A stretch of 64,000 bases of DNA. Origin: a virus. The stretch lies in IMG/VR virus record IMGVR_UViG_3300009103_001934, positions 96,001-160,000 of that record; one strand, 5' to 3'. The notes below the pieces were generated by a model. The model made no database searches, was not told the origin of the DNA, and saw nothing but the letters and a program-made list of their open reading frames with translations. Made by a program: the position numbers and the translations under genes. This document shows, in pieces, positions 27,784 to 34,725 of the stretch. Every line of letters begins with the position of its first letter. Position 1 is the stretch's first letter.

Positions 27784-28497
27784 ATGTTGAAATTCAAAGA
27801 TGCAAACGGTAAACTCAAGAAGATGGCAAAGAAGCTTGGCGTTAAGCTTAAAACCTTCACTCTCCCTGCGGGCTATACTTGCGGCGGTGCAAAGGATTGC
27901 CTCGCGTATGCCGACAGAAAAACGGGCAAAGTGAGAGACGGCAAGGAAACACAATTCCGTTGTTTCATGGCATCGCTCGAAGCCACCTTTCCAAGTCTCC
28001 GCGCTATGGTGTGGGAGAATTACGAGCAGTTACAAGCGGCACTGAAAAACGGCGTTGATGCTTGCGCGGATCTGATCCACAACAGCTTGCCAAAGAAGTT
28101 TGACGTAATGCGCGTTCACGTTGGCGGCGATTACTTCAGCAGGGCGTATTTGCAAGCGTGGATTGAAGTTGCCAAGCGAAACCCTGACAAGGTGTTTTAC
28201 TCTTACAGCAAAAGCTTGCACCTGTTCAAGCAATTTGCGTTACCGGAAAACCTTGTGTTGACCGCTTCCCGTGGTGGCAAGTACGATGATTTGATTGACC
28301 TCCACGCATGGAAAGAGGCGATTGTCGTATTCAGTGAAGAGGAAGCGGAAGAGCTTGACTTGGAAATTGACCACGACGATTCACACGCAGCGTTTGGCGC
28401 GGAGAATTTCGCGTTACTCATTCACGGCACACAGCCAGCAGGGAGCGCAGCAAGTGAAGCTTTGAAAGTCATAAAGAAAAAGGCAAGGGCTGCGTGA
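27784..28497 (+). CDS. GP88-like Cys-containing phage protein
   Basis: LPAGYTCGGAKDC, FRCF, RVHVGGDYF, FYSYSKS, IDHDDSHA. Confidence 0.65.
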   Translation: MLKFKDANGKLKKMAKKLGVKLKTFTLPAGYTCGGAKDCLAYADRKTGKVRDGKETQFRCFMASLEATFPSLRAMVWENYEQLQAALKNGVDACADLIHNSLPKKFDVMRVHVGGDYFSRAYLQAWIEVAKRNPDKVFYSYSKSLHLFKQFALPENLVLTASRGGKYDDLIDLHAWKEAIVVFSEEEAEELDLEIDHDDSHAAFGAENFALLIHGTQPAGSAASEALKVIKKKARAA

Positions 28498-28570
28498 TGG
28501 AATTTATTGTCCTTGTTGCCATCGGGTTGTATTTCGGCGCAAAGCTTAGTCGATAAAAATGACATTTTTT

Positions 28571-28610
28571 GCTTGACAGCCGGCGGGACCGGTCCCGCGA
28601 GATGTCAAGC
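28571..28610. repeat. Module A4
   Basis: Core at 28584-28597. Confidence 0.95.
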
Positions 28611-28701
28611 TTTTTCTTTGTTATTTTTTTATTTGACACAAAGTCGGAAGTGGGGTATTATATAAACAGTGCGAACGAACTAACTAAAACTAAAAAAACT
28701 G

Positions 28702-29169
28702 ATGAACAACCTACATTCATATACTAACTACATCACTGGCACAGAACTTGAGAACGGAAAGATTCTCCTGTATGCTGGCAAAACACGCAACGGTATCGAT
28801 GACCGTAAGAAAGGCAAAATGGCTTGCGGATTCATCGCTGGCGTTGGCCTAGATGGTCGTCTGTTTGACACCGTCCATTCTAACACTAACACCAAAAACG
28901 ATAAGCTCACGGAGCAACGTCACATCAACACGATTCGTGCCGTGGCGCAATTACTCCCTGACGTTATCGTTGCTGGTAACACTTATGACGATGGATTTTA
29001 TGGGGGAATCATTTCGTCCATCAGTCCTAGCGTCTACGACAAAGTCGTAAGCTGGGTACAGGGTACGCGCACTATGACAGAAAAGCGCATGGTGGCGAAC
29101 AAGCGAAAGCTGGCTCGAAAGCTCGCTCAAGTGAAGCGAGCTAGGCAAGCAAAGAAGGCTTTGGCTTAA
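28702..29169 (+). CDS. Hypothetical protein with basic C-terminus
   Basis: Promoter TTGACA(28633)-17-TATTAT(28656). Confidence 0.7.
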   Translation: MNNLHSYTNYITGTELENGKILLYAGKTRNGIDDRKKGKMACGFIAGVGLDGRLFDTVHSNTNTKNDKLTEQRHINTIRAVAQLLPDVIVAGNTYDDGFYGGIISSISPSVYDKVVSWVQGTRTMTEKRMVANKRKLARKLAQVKRARQAKKALA

Positions 29170-29269
29170 CCCTAGTAGGGGGGAGAGAGTTTGGCGTGAA
29201 TGCTTCGCCTCTTGAGTGGCTCTCTCCCCTCTTGACTTTTCAACAGAAACCCATTATACTTTTATACTT

Positions 29270-29743
29270 ATGGAGAGAATACATATAATTATTGGATTGA
29301 TAATCTTCTTTATTATTAGCATAACCGCTTCGGGCGATGAAGTCTTAACAAGGGACGAGCGTATTGTTGCACTCACTATACTGGGAGAAGCCCGTGGTGA
29401 AGGTAAAAAAGGAATGTATGCTGTCGCCTGTGTAATTCAGAAACGCGCGTCAGAACGCAACCTCACGCCAGCAAAGGTATGCCACCAACCTTATCAGTTC
29501 AGCATTTGGAACGCTGGAAAGGGTAAGATAAAAAAAGAAAGTGAGTTGTATTATTTGTGGAAATCTAAATCCATGATGTACGCCAGAGAGTTAGCGAGAA
29601 CAGTTTGCAAAGGTAAATTGTTAGATCAAAAATTCACTGGTAACGCAAATCACTATTGCAGAAAAGAAATCAATAACTATTGGACAAAGAAAGGAACAAT
29701 AACAAAGGTAATTGGAAATCATAAATTTTTCAAATTACGATAG
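29270..29743 (+). CDS. Cell wall hydrolase, SleB/Hydrolase_2 family, with signal anchor
   Basis: ALTILGEARGEG, AVACVI.KR, PYQFS.WN, IGNHKFF. Promoter TTGACT(29232)-17-TATACT(29255). Confidence 0.85.
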   Translation: MERIHIIIGLIIFFIISITASGDEVLTRDERIVALTILGEARGEGKKGMYAVACVIQKRASERNLTPAKVCHQPYQFSIWNAGKGKIKKESELYYLWKSKSMMYARELARTVCKGKLLDQKFTGNANHYCRKEINNYWTKKGTITKVIGNHKFFKLR

Positions 29744-29772
29744 GCTTCAAATAATAAATCAGTGCAAATATG

Positions 29773-29838
29773 ACCCGTCCCGAATAAGGGGCGGGTTTTT
29801 TTAGGGCAAAAAAAAGGCCCGCTTTCGCGGGTTGTGTT
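29773..29838. terminator. Back-to-back terminators for convergent genes
   Basis: CCCGTCCC..GGGGCGGG-T7 on +, and A8-GGCCCGC-TTTC-GCGGGTT read on -. Confidence 0.75.
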
Positions 29839-30044
29839 TAGCCCTCCAAACTGGAGGGGGTGAAATCACCGTGTCCGGTGATCTCAAGGGCACGCCCGTG
29901 ATCATACTCACGGATATGCTCCTCGCGCATCCGCACGGTGCGACCATCATCCTTGAGGATGAGCCACTTGCCGTGGCGCGGAGAGGCGGCGACCACGCCA
30001 ACGTAACCGTTGACGTCTTCGACTTCCATTCCTAATGTAATCAT
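29838..30044 (-). CDS. Small SH3-like hypothetical protein
   Basis: GMEVEDVNGYVGVV pattern. Confidence 0.55.
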   Translation of the reverse strand: MITLGMEVEDVNGYVGVVAASPRHGKWLILKDDGRTVRMREEHIREYDHGRALEITGHGDFTPSSLEG

Positions 30045-30095
30045 AATGATATTGATAGGGCGCGAATTCTTAGGCAGTCGCGCTCGCCCATGATG

Positions 30096-30305
30096 TTAGT
30101 CCTTCCAGACCATGTCCAGATATTCACCGTAAGTAGCAAGGTAATCCTGCCATTCGGTGTCCGTCATTAGCGGCCCATGGATTGCAACCAGATTCGCCCA
30201 ACGATCTTGGGTTTCCTGTTCGCGTGTCCACTCTTCATGCTCAAGCTGAGCTTCGATGTCTGCACTTATGGTCTCTTCTATGGTTGGCATCATGTCGTTC
30301 ATCAT
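30096..30305 (-). CDS. Hypothetical protein, leaderless (MMND...)
   Basis: Minus-strand promoter TTGTGC-17-TATATT, with ATG 7 nt downstream. Confidence 0.65.
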   Translation of the reverse strand: MMNDMMPTIEETISADIEAQLEHEEWTREQETQDRWANLVAIHGPLMTDTEWQDYLATYGEYLDMVWKD

Positions 30306-30394
30306 TAGAAAGAATATAACACGCATCTAAGAAAAGCACAAGGAAAAAATTCAAAAACTATTAACAAAAAAAATGCAATTGTGAGCAAAAAAGA

Positions 30395-30455
30395 CTTGAC
30401 AGCCGCGGGACCGGTCCCGCTTATTGAGACCGAGTCTCACTAAAGTTGTGAATAA
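30395..30455. repeat. Module B1: CTTGACA-core-TGAGACCGAGTCTCA-TGTGAATAA
   Basis: Core 30406-30419, 7-1-7 box 30425-30439, DnaA box 30447-30455. Confidence 0.95.
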
Positions 30456-30498
30456 CTTTCTCCTTGACAATTACATCCTTTTGTAGTATATTATTTAC

Positions 30499-30687
30499 AT
30501 GATGAACGATCCATATAGCCAGATAACCAGCGGAGACCGTGACAACCTGCGTGCGGAGTTTGACGAACAAATGGCGATAATTGACGGCGCGAATAACCCT
30601 GACATGATTTGGGTTCGTGGCACCCTGCCCTATGATGATGAGGGTGTACGGTGCGGGTGCGAAGACTACCCCTGTTGTGGGCATTAG
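30499..30687 (+). CDS. Small protein ending CGCEDYPCCGH, leaderless
   Basis: Promoter TTGACA(30464)-17-TATATT(30487). Confidence 0.65.
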   Translation: MMNDPYSQITSGDRDNLRAEFDEQMAIIDGANNPDMIWVRGTLPYDDEGVRCGCEDYPCCGH

Positions 30688-30707
30688 TAACTTGTGAGTA
30701 AAAAAGA

Positions 30708-30764
30708 CTTGACAGCCGCGGGACCGGTCCCGTTGAGACTCAGTCTCATTAAGATTGTGAATAA
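30708..30764. repeat. Module B2
   Basis: Core 30719-30732, 7-1-7 box 30734-30748, DnaA box 30756-30764. Confidence 0.95.
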
Positions 30765-30815
30765 CTTTTTGAAAAAACCGCTTGACTTTTTGGCATTTAT
30801 GGGTTATATTTAAGC

Positions 30816-31049
30816 ATGATTAAAACGAACATGAAAACTTACAACGTAGAGTTTACGACAGCATTCGCTGGCTCTCCGTTCGTCAACATCGTTCTTGAAG
30901 CCAAGGACGAAAAACAAGCTGAATGGGTTGCCCGTAACCTTTGCCGTTTCGGTTACATTAGCAACATCACAAAAACTGATGAAGTTGCTGCTTTTACCGA
31001 AGAAACTCACGCTTTTGCTTATGATGAAGATTATGAGATTTATTCATAG
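30816..31049 (+). CDS. Small protein, distant paralog of 32802 and 33941 ORFs
   Basis: YNVEF...IVLEAKDEKQAEWVA. Promoter TTGACT(30782)-17-TATATT(30805). Confidence 0.65.
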   Translation: MIKTNMKTYNVEFTTAFAGSPFVNIVLEAKDEKQAEWVARNLCRFGYISNITKTDEVAAFTEETHAFAYDEDYEIYS

Positions 31050-31085
31050 GTGGGACTGCGGATGTCCCACCCAGTATGCTATACT
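31049..31085 (+). promoter_or_regulatory. Palindrome-type promoter P1
   Basis: GGTGGGAC-N7-GTCCCACC-N8-TATACT with TG extension. Confidence 0.7.
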
Positions 31086-31091
31086 AGACGC

Positions 31092-31547
31092 ATGATAATT
31101 AAGAACGAGATGAAAGAAAAACTAAAACCACTATTTGACCTAGACGGAACCCTTATCCGCGAGGAGCGCGGCTCAGATCGCCTATTTGATTTCCTACGGC
31201 CTCACGCTATTCTTAATCTCACAGAACACGACCTCACTCCTCTCGGAGTGTTAGTCAGAGACTCAGGCAAAGAATTTGACATTCTTACAGCACGCGGCCC
31301 AGAGAATGCGCAGTTTATCCGTATAGCTCTTGAAGCTCTCGGATTCAACGTCGGTCGAATCGTAACCGTAGGCGTAGACATTAACGAGCCAAAGGATTGG
31401 GCTAATGTTAGCAGCAAAAGAGTAGCGGCAAAGAAAATCAGAATTGCCAAATTCGTCCAAAGGAAATTGGTTGACAACGATGCTAGGAATCTGGTAGGAT
31501 TAGGAGAGTTAGGAGAGCTAGTAGCTCAAGACCAAACAGAGTTTTAA
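31092..31547 (+). CDS. HAD-superfamily phosphatase-like protein, leaderless
   Basis: LFDLDGTL, ILTARG, LVDND. Confidence 0.75.
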   Translation: MIIKNEMKEKLKPLFDLDGTLIREERGSDRLFDFLRPHAILNLTEHDLTPLGVLVRDSGKEFDILTARGPENAQFIRIALEALGFNVGRIVTVGVDINEPKDWANVSSKRVAAKKIRIAKFVQRKLVDNDARNLVGLGELGELVAQDQTEF

Positions 31548-31548
31548 G

Positions 31549-31803
31549 ATGATGAATAAGATTATTACAATTAAAGCAAAAGCCAACGCAAGCCGGCGCA
31601 CTAAAAACCGCATTCGTGGATTTGGCCCACGTTTCATCGTAGAGAAGAAACATGACCTTAATGACATCATGGCCCTTATCGGCAAGCGTGATTCAGAGTC
31701 TTGGTTGCTGCGCGAAGTGGGCGGCCCAGACGGTGATCCGTGGTTTGGCTGGCTGCCAGCTAATGAATTTGAAATTGTTGAAACTGAAGGATTTTGGTCT
31801 TGA
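31549..31803 (+). CDS. Hypothetical protein
   Basis: SRRTKNRIR..G, WFGWLP. Confidence 0.65.
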   Translation: MMNKIITIKAKANASRRTKNRIRGFGPRFIVEKKHDLNDIMALIGKRDSESWLLREVGGPDGDPWFGWLPANEFEIVETEGFWS

Positions 31804-31836
31804 CATTTAATCGGAAAACCCATATACTATAAACAG

Positions 31837-32061
31837 ATGATGAAGAAACACAACATACAAAACGCAAGCGTATTTGCCACAAAGCAATTACGCGACAATC
31901 TTAACAAAGTGCTTACTCGCAAAGAGCGGCAACAACTTGACGAAAAAGATGCTAAAACAAAATGGTATCTTGAATTGATGATTGCTGCTTGTCTCGGTGC
32001 TGCTCTTGCCCTTGGCTTTGTAGTCGCTCACGGTATGCTCACAACTGACTGGACTTGGTAA
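31837..32061 (+). CDS. Small protein with C-terminal TM
   Basis: Promoter TTGACA(31800)-17-TATACT(31823). Confidence 0.65.
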   Translation: MMKKHNIQNASVFATKQLRDNLNKVLTRKERQQLDEKDAKTKWYLELMIAACLGAALALGFVVAHGMLTTDWTW

Positions 32062-32067
32062 AGAACG

Positions 32068-32178
32068 ATGAAAACACTATTCGAAGCAATTGACTCCCTT
32101 GTGATGCCACTCACATTCTTTATTATGATGCACCTTGTTGTGCTTTACATTATTATTCCTTTAATTATTTGGCTTTAA
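32068..32178 (+). CDS. 36-aa TM peptide (not in ORF track)
   Basis: MKTLFEAIDSLVMPLTFFIMMHLVVLYIIIPLIIWL. Confidence 0.5.
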   Translation: MKTLFEAIDSLVMPLTFFIMMHLVVLYIIIPLIIWL

Positions 32179-32192
32179 CAAAAAACAAACCT

Positions 32193-32309
32193 ATGCAAAC
32201 TAAAACAAAAAAAGATTGGACACAAGCTCTGTTTGTGGGAAACATCGCAACCGTAACATTTATTGTCGGCGTGATCGTCGGTCAATTTGTCAAAGTCATA
32301 ATTATGTGA
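32193..32309 (+). CDS. 38-aa TM peptide (not in ORF track)
   Basis: MQTKTKKDWTQALFVGNIATVTFIVGVIVGQFVKVIIM. Confidence 0.5.
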   Translation: MQTKTKKDWTQALFVGNIATVTFIVGVIVGQFVKVIIM

Positions 32310-32429
32310 TTTTGATAGGGGTCTGAAAACCTACGCTTGAGCCTTTGAGGTCTGACCTGTAGCGACACAGCGTGATGACTACGACCCCACCCCCCTAGGG
32401 GTACCCCCCGGGGGGGGTCTAAACTTTTT

Positions 32430-32476
32430 GCTTGACATCCGGCGGGACCGGTCCCGCTTATTGCGACTCGGTCTCA
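32430..32476. repeat. Module B3
   Basis: Core 32443-32456, degenerate 7-1-7 box 32462-32476. Confidence 0.95.
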
Positions 32477-32502
32477 GTAAAACTTTTTTTAATTATCTTA
32501 TG

Positions 32503-32539
32503 GGTAGGACTGCGGATGTCCCACCCTCTGTGCTATACT
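32503..32539 (+). promoter_or_regulatory. Palindrome-type promoter P2
   Basis: GGTAGGAC-N7-GTCCCACC-N8-TATACT. Confidence 0.7.
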
Positions 32540-32545
32540 ATACGC

Positions 32546-32749
32546 ATGATGATTAAAGAAGATAAGAAACCAACATACACCCTCTGGAACGGTGTGCAAC
32601 TCATCGCCACCTACCCACACACACGTGAGGGCATGAATGCAGCCATGCTACGTGCATCAGAGCTAGGCATAGGGGCCAAGCTATACTCATCACGTGATGA
32701 CCTAGTGTGGAGCGCACGCATGGCAGATGACATGATGGATTGTGAATAA
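32546..32749 (+). CDS. Hypothetical protein, leaderless
   Basis: ATG 6 nt after TATACT. Confidence 0.6.
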   Translation: MMIKEDKKPTYTLWNGVQLIATYPHTREGMNAAMLRASELGIGAKLYSSRDDLVWSARMADDMMDCE

Positions 32750-32801
32750 CTTTCTTAAAAAACCGCTTGACTTTTTGACATTAATGAGCTATATTATACG
32801 T

Positions 32802-32978
32802 ATGTTAAACAAGATAGAAAGCATATTCACAGTAACATTCACCAACGACAGTACCGTGTTCATTAAGGCAAGGGATAGGGGACACGCGCGCCGCATCGTG
32901 GAGCGGAACGGTAGCACATGGACACGCGCTGATGAGAGCGTTGAAATGGTGATTAAAAAAATTGAAAGAAGTTGCTAG
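32802..32978 (+). CDS. Small protein, paralog of 33941 ORF
   Basis: FTVTFTNDSTVFIKARDRGHARRIVE. Promoter TTGACT(32767)-17-TATATT(32790). Confidence 0.7.
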   Translation: MLNKIESIFTVTFTNDSTVFIKARDRGHARRIVERNGSTWTRADESVEMVIKKIERSC

Positions 32979-33014
32979 GTAGGACAGCAGATGTCCCACC
33001 TCGTATGCTATACT
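32978..33014 (+). promoter_or_regulatory. Palindrome-type promoter P3
   Basis: GGTAGGAC-N7-GTCCCACC-N8-TATACT. Confidence 0.7.
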
Positions 33015-33032
33015 AGACGCAGTTAAAAGATT

Positions 33033-33323
33033 ATGGAAAAGAACAAGATGAACGAAACGATGACAGTAGAACAAGAAGCCCAACTCCTCCTTAATCAGGA
33101 TGTACGCGTGACATTCGCGCAAAGCCAATTTTGGAACTGCACAGGTCGTGTGCGTAACATCATGGCCGATGGTCGCACACTTGAGATTGACCTTGATTGG
33201 GACGGCAAGACCGTTCTTCTCGATGTCACCTTCGTGGGTGAGATTCAAGAGCGGACACAGTTCGCCAAGACCGAGCAAAGCCTCGGCCCAATCGCTAACA
33301 GTGTTGTAAAGTCTACCCTTTAA
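33033..33323 (+). CDS. Small SH3-like hypothetical protein
   Basis: DVRVT....WNCTGRV pattern. Confidence 0.65.
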   Translation: MEKNKMNETMTVEQEAQLLLNQDVRVTFAQSQFWNCTGRVRNIMADGRTLEIDLDWDGKTVLLDVTFVGEIQERTQFAKTEQSLGPIANSVVKSTL

Positions 33324-33324
33324 G

Positions 33325-33567
33325 ATGAACTACCATTATCAATTCGGCATGATTAAAACCACATCAAACAAAGAGCCTGTTGTAACTGATTTAGATAGTC
33401 AGTTTATGACTATCGACGGAGTGCTGCACTCTATTATCAGCCATCATTCATTTGATGATTTTGGTGCTACGTTGGACACTTTCAAAGTGATTAACTACGC
33501 TGGAACCATTCGAGAGATTTACTCTTTTGATGAGTGCGAAACATTCACCTTTGACAACGGAGAATAA
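33325..33567 (+). CDS. Hypothetical protein
   Basis: Packed ORF. Confidence 0.6.
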   Translation: MNYHYQFGMIKTTSNKEPVVTDLDSQFMTIDGVLHSIISHHSFDDFGATLDTFKVINYAGTIREIYSFDECETFTFDNGE

Positions 33568-33571
33568 TTAT

Positions 33572-33748
33572 ATGTATAATCCAGAAAACCTTAAAGTAGG
33601 CGACAGAGTAAAGTCAACGGCCAGTGGTTGGGTTGGCGTAGTAGTCGGCGAAGGCTTTGGCAAACCAGACAAGGGAATGCTGCGCGTTCAACTCTCTTTC
33701 GGATTGACGCACGACTTTTATCCTAGCCACTTGGAAAAGATTAACTAA
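33572..33748 (+). CDS. Small KOW/SH3-like protein
   Basis: LKVGDRVKST..GWVGVVV. Confidence 0.6.
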   Translation: MYNPENLKVGDRVKSTASGWVGVVVGEGFGKPDKGMLRVQLSFGLTHDFYPSHLEKIN

Positions 33749-33785
33749 AAGAGCCTACCCCCTAGGGGGGGTGTGAATAACTTTT

Positions 33786-33848
33786 GCTTGACAGCCGGCG
33801 GGACCGGTCCCGCTTATTGAGACTTAGTCTCATTCCAATTGTGAATAA
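33786..33848. repeat. Module B4
   Basis: Core 33799-33812, 7-1-7 box 33818-33832, DnaA boxes at 33772 and 33840. Confidence 0.95.
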
Positions 33849-33940
33849 CTTTTTCATTTTAGGGGTTGACTTTTTGTCATTTTTGTGGCATACTATATGT
33901 ATTGAGAGTGAGAGAAACAAAAGAAGAAACTAAAAAGATT

Positions 33941-34135
33941 ATGAGAAACCTACCAGCACTACCAGAGATGACCTTCGAGGTTACATTTGACAACGACAGC
34001 ACGGTGTTCATTAGCGCACGCAACAAAGAACACGCTCGCCGCATCGTGGAAAACAACAAAGGATTTAGCCTGTGGCGTAGAAGAGACGACGAAGAGTGGC
34101 AAAAGCGCACCATAAAAAAGATTGAGATAAATTAA
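33941..34135 (+). CDS. Small protein, paralog of 32802 ORF
   Basis: FEVTFDNDSTVFISARNKEHARRIVE. Promoter TTGACT(33866)-17-CATACT(33889). Confidence 0.7.
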   Translation: MRNLPALPEMTFEVTFDNDSTVFISARNKEHARRIVENNKGFSLWRRRDDEEWQKRTIKKIEIN

Positions 34136-34136
34136 T

Positions 34137-34173
34137 GGTAGGACTACAGATGTCCCACCCTATGTGATATACT
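34137..34173 (+). promoter_or_regulatory. Palindrome-type promoter P4
   Basis: GGTAGGAC-N7-GTCCCACC-N8-TATACT. Confidence 0.7.
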
Positions 34174-34185
34174 AGACGCAGTTAA

Positions 34186-34617
34186 ATGATTATGAAAGAA
34201 CAAAACACTATGAAAGCAAACAACCTAATCCTCGGAGCGGTTTACATCAACGCAACCACTGGCCAGCCTTGCCGCTTGGTCAACATCGTATCCTGCCAAG
34301 GTGTTTGGCTTGAGTCCTATGATGGACAAGGGTATGGTGAACTAGTCAGCTTCGATGATTGCCACTATGCAAGTCAGGATGAAGTGGAAGATTATCTTGA
34401 GGACTTGCGCGTTTACACCGCAAGCAACAAAGCACCATCTCACAAGTCACCAGTGAGCTATGATGAAGGATTAGACGAGGATGAAATTGCAAGCTATGAA
34501 AGCAAGCATGACATCACACCGAACACTTCCTCGCGCGTTAAGAACTACGACACGTATTGGAACGTGCAAGGTTACTACGAGGACAGCTACGGCAACGACA
34601 TCCGTTGCAGGGATTAA
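34186..34617 (+). CDS. Hypothetical acidic protein
   Basis: Last ORF of the early block. Confidence 0.7.
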   Translation: MIMKEQNTMKANNLILGAVYINATTGQPCRLVNIVSCQGVWLESYDGQGYGELVSFDDCHYASQDEVEDYLEDLRVYTASNKAPSHKSPVSYDEGLDEDEIASYESKHDITPNTSSRVKNYDTYWNVQGYYEDSYGNDIRCRD

Positions 34618-34725
34618 CCCCCCCACTCCCCCCGTATTTATGAAAAAACGGGGGGTGACGTTTTTTAAAAAACCGGGGGGTGGGGTCGAAAAGAGTCTCC
34701 CCGAAGGGTCGAAAAATCCCGGGGG

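Noticed and set aside
24836-33848. CRISPR array or integron attC array interpretation of the palindromic repeats
   Set aside because: Spacers are 0.3-1.8 kb, contain genes and are irregular. There are no cas genes, no integrase, and no RYYYAAC/GTTRRRY ends.
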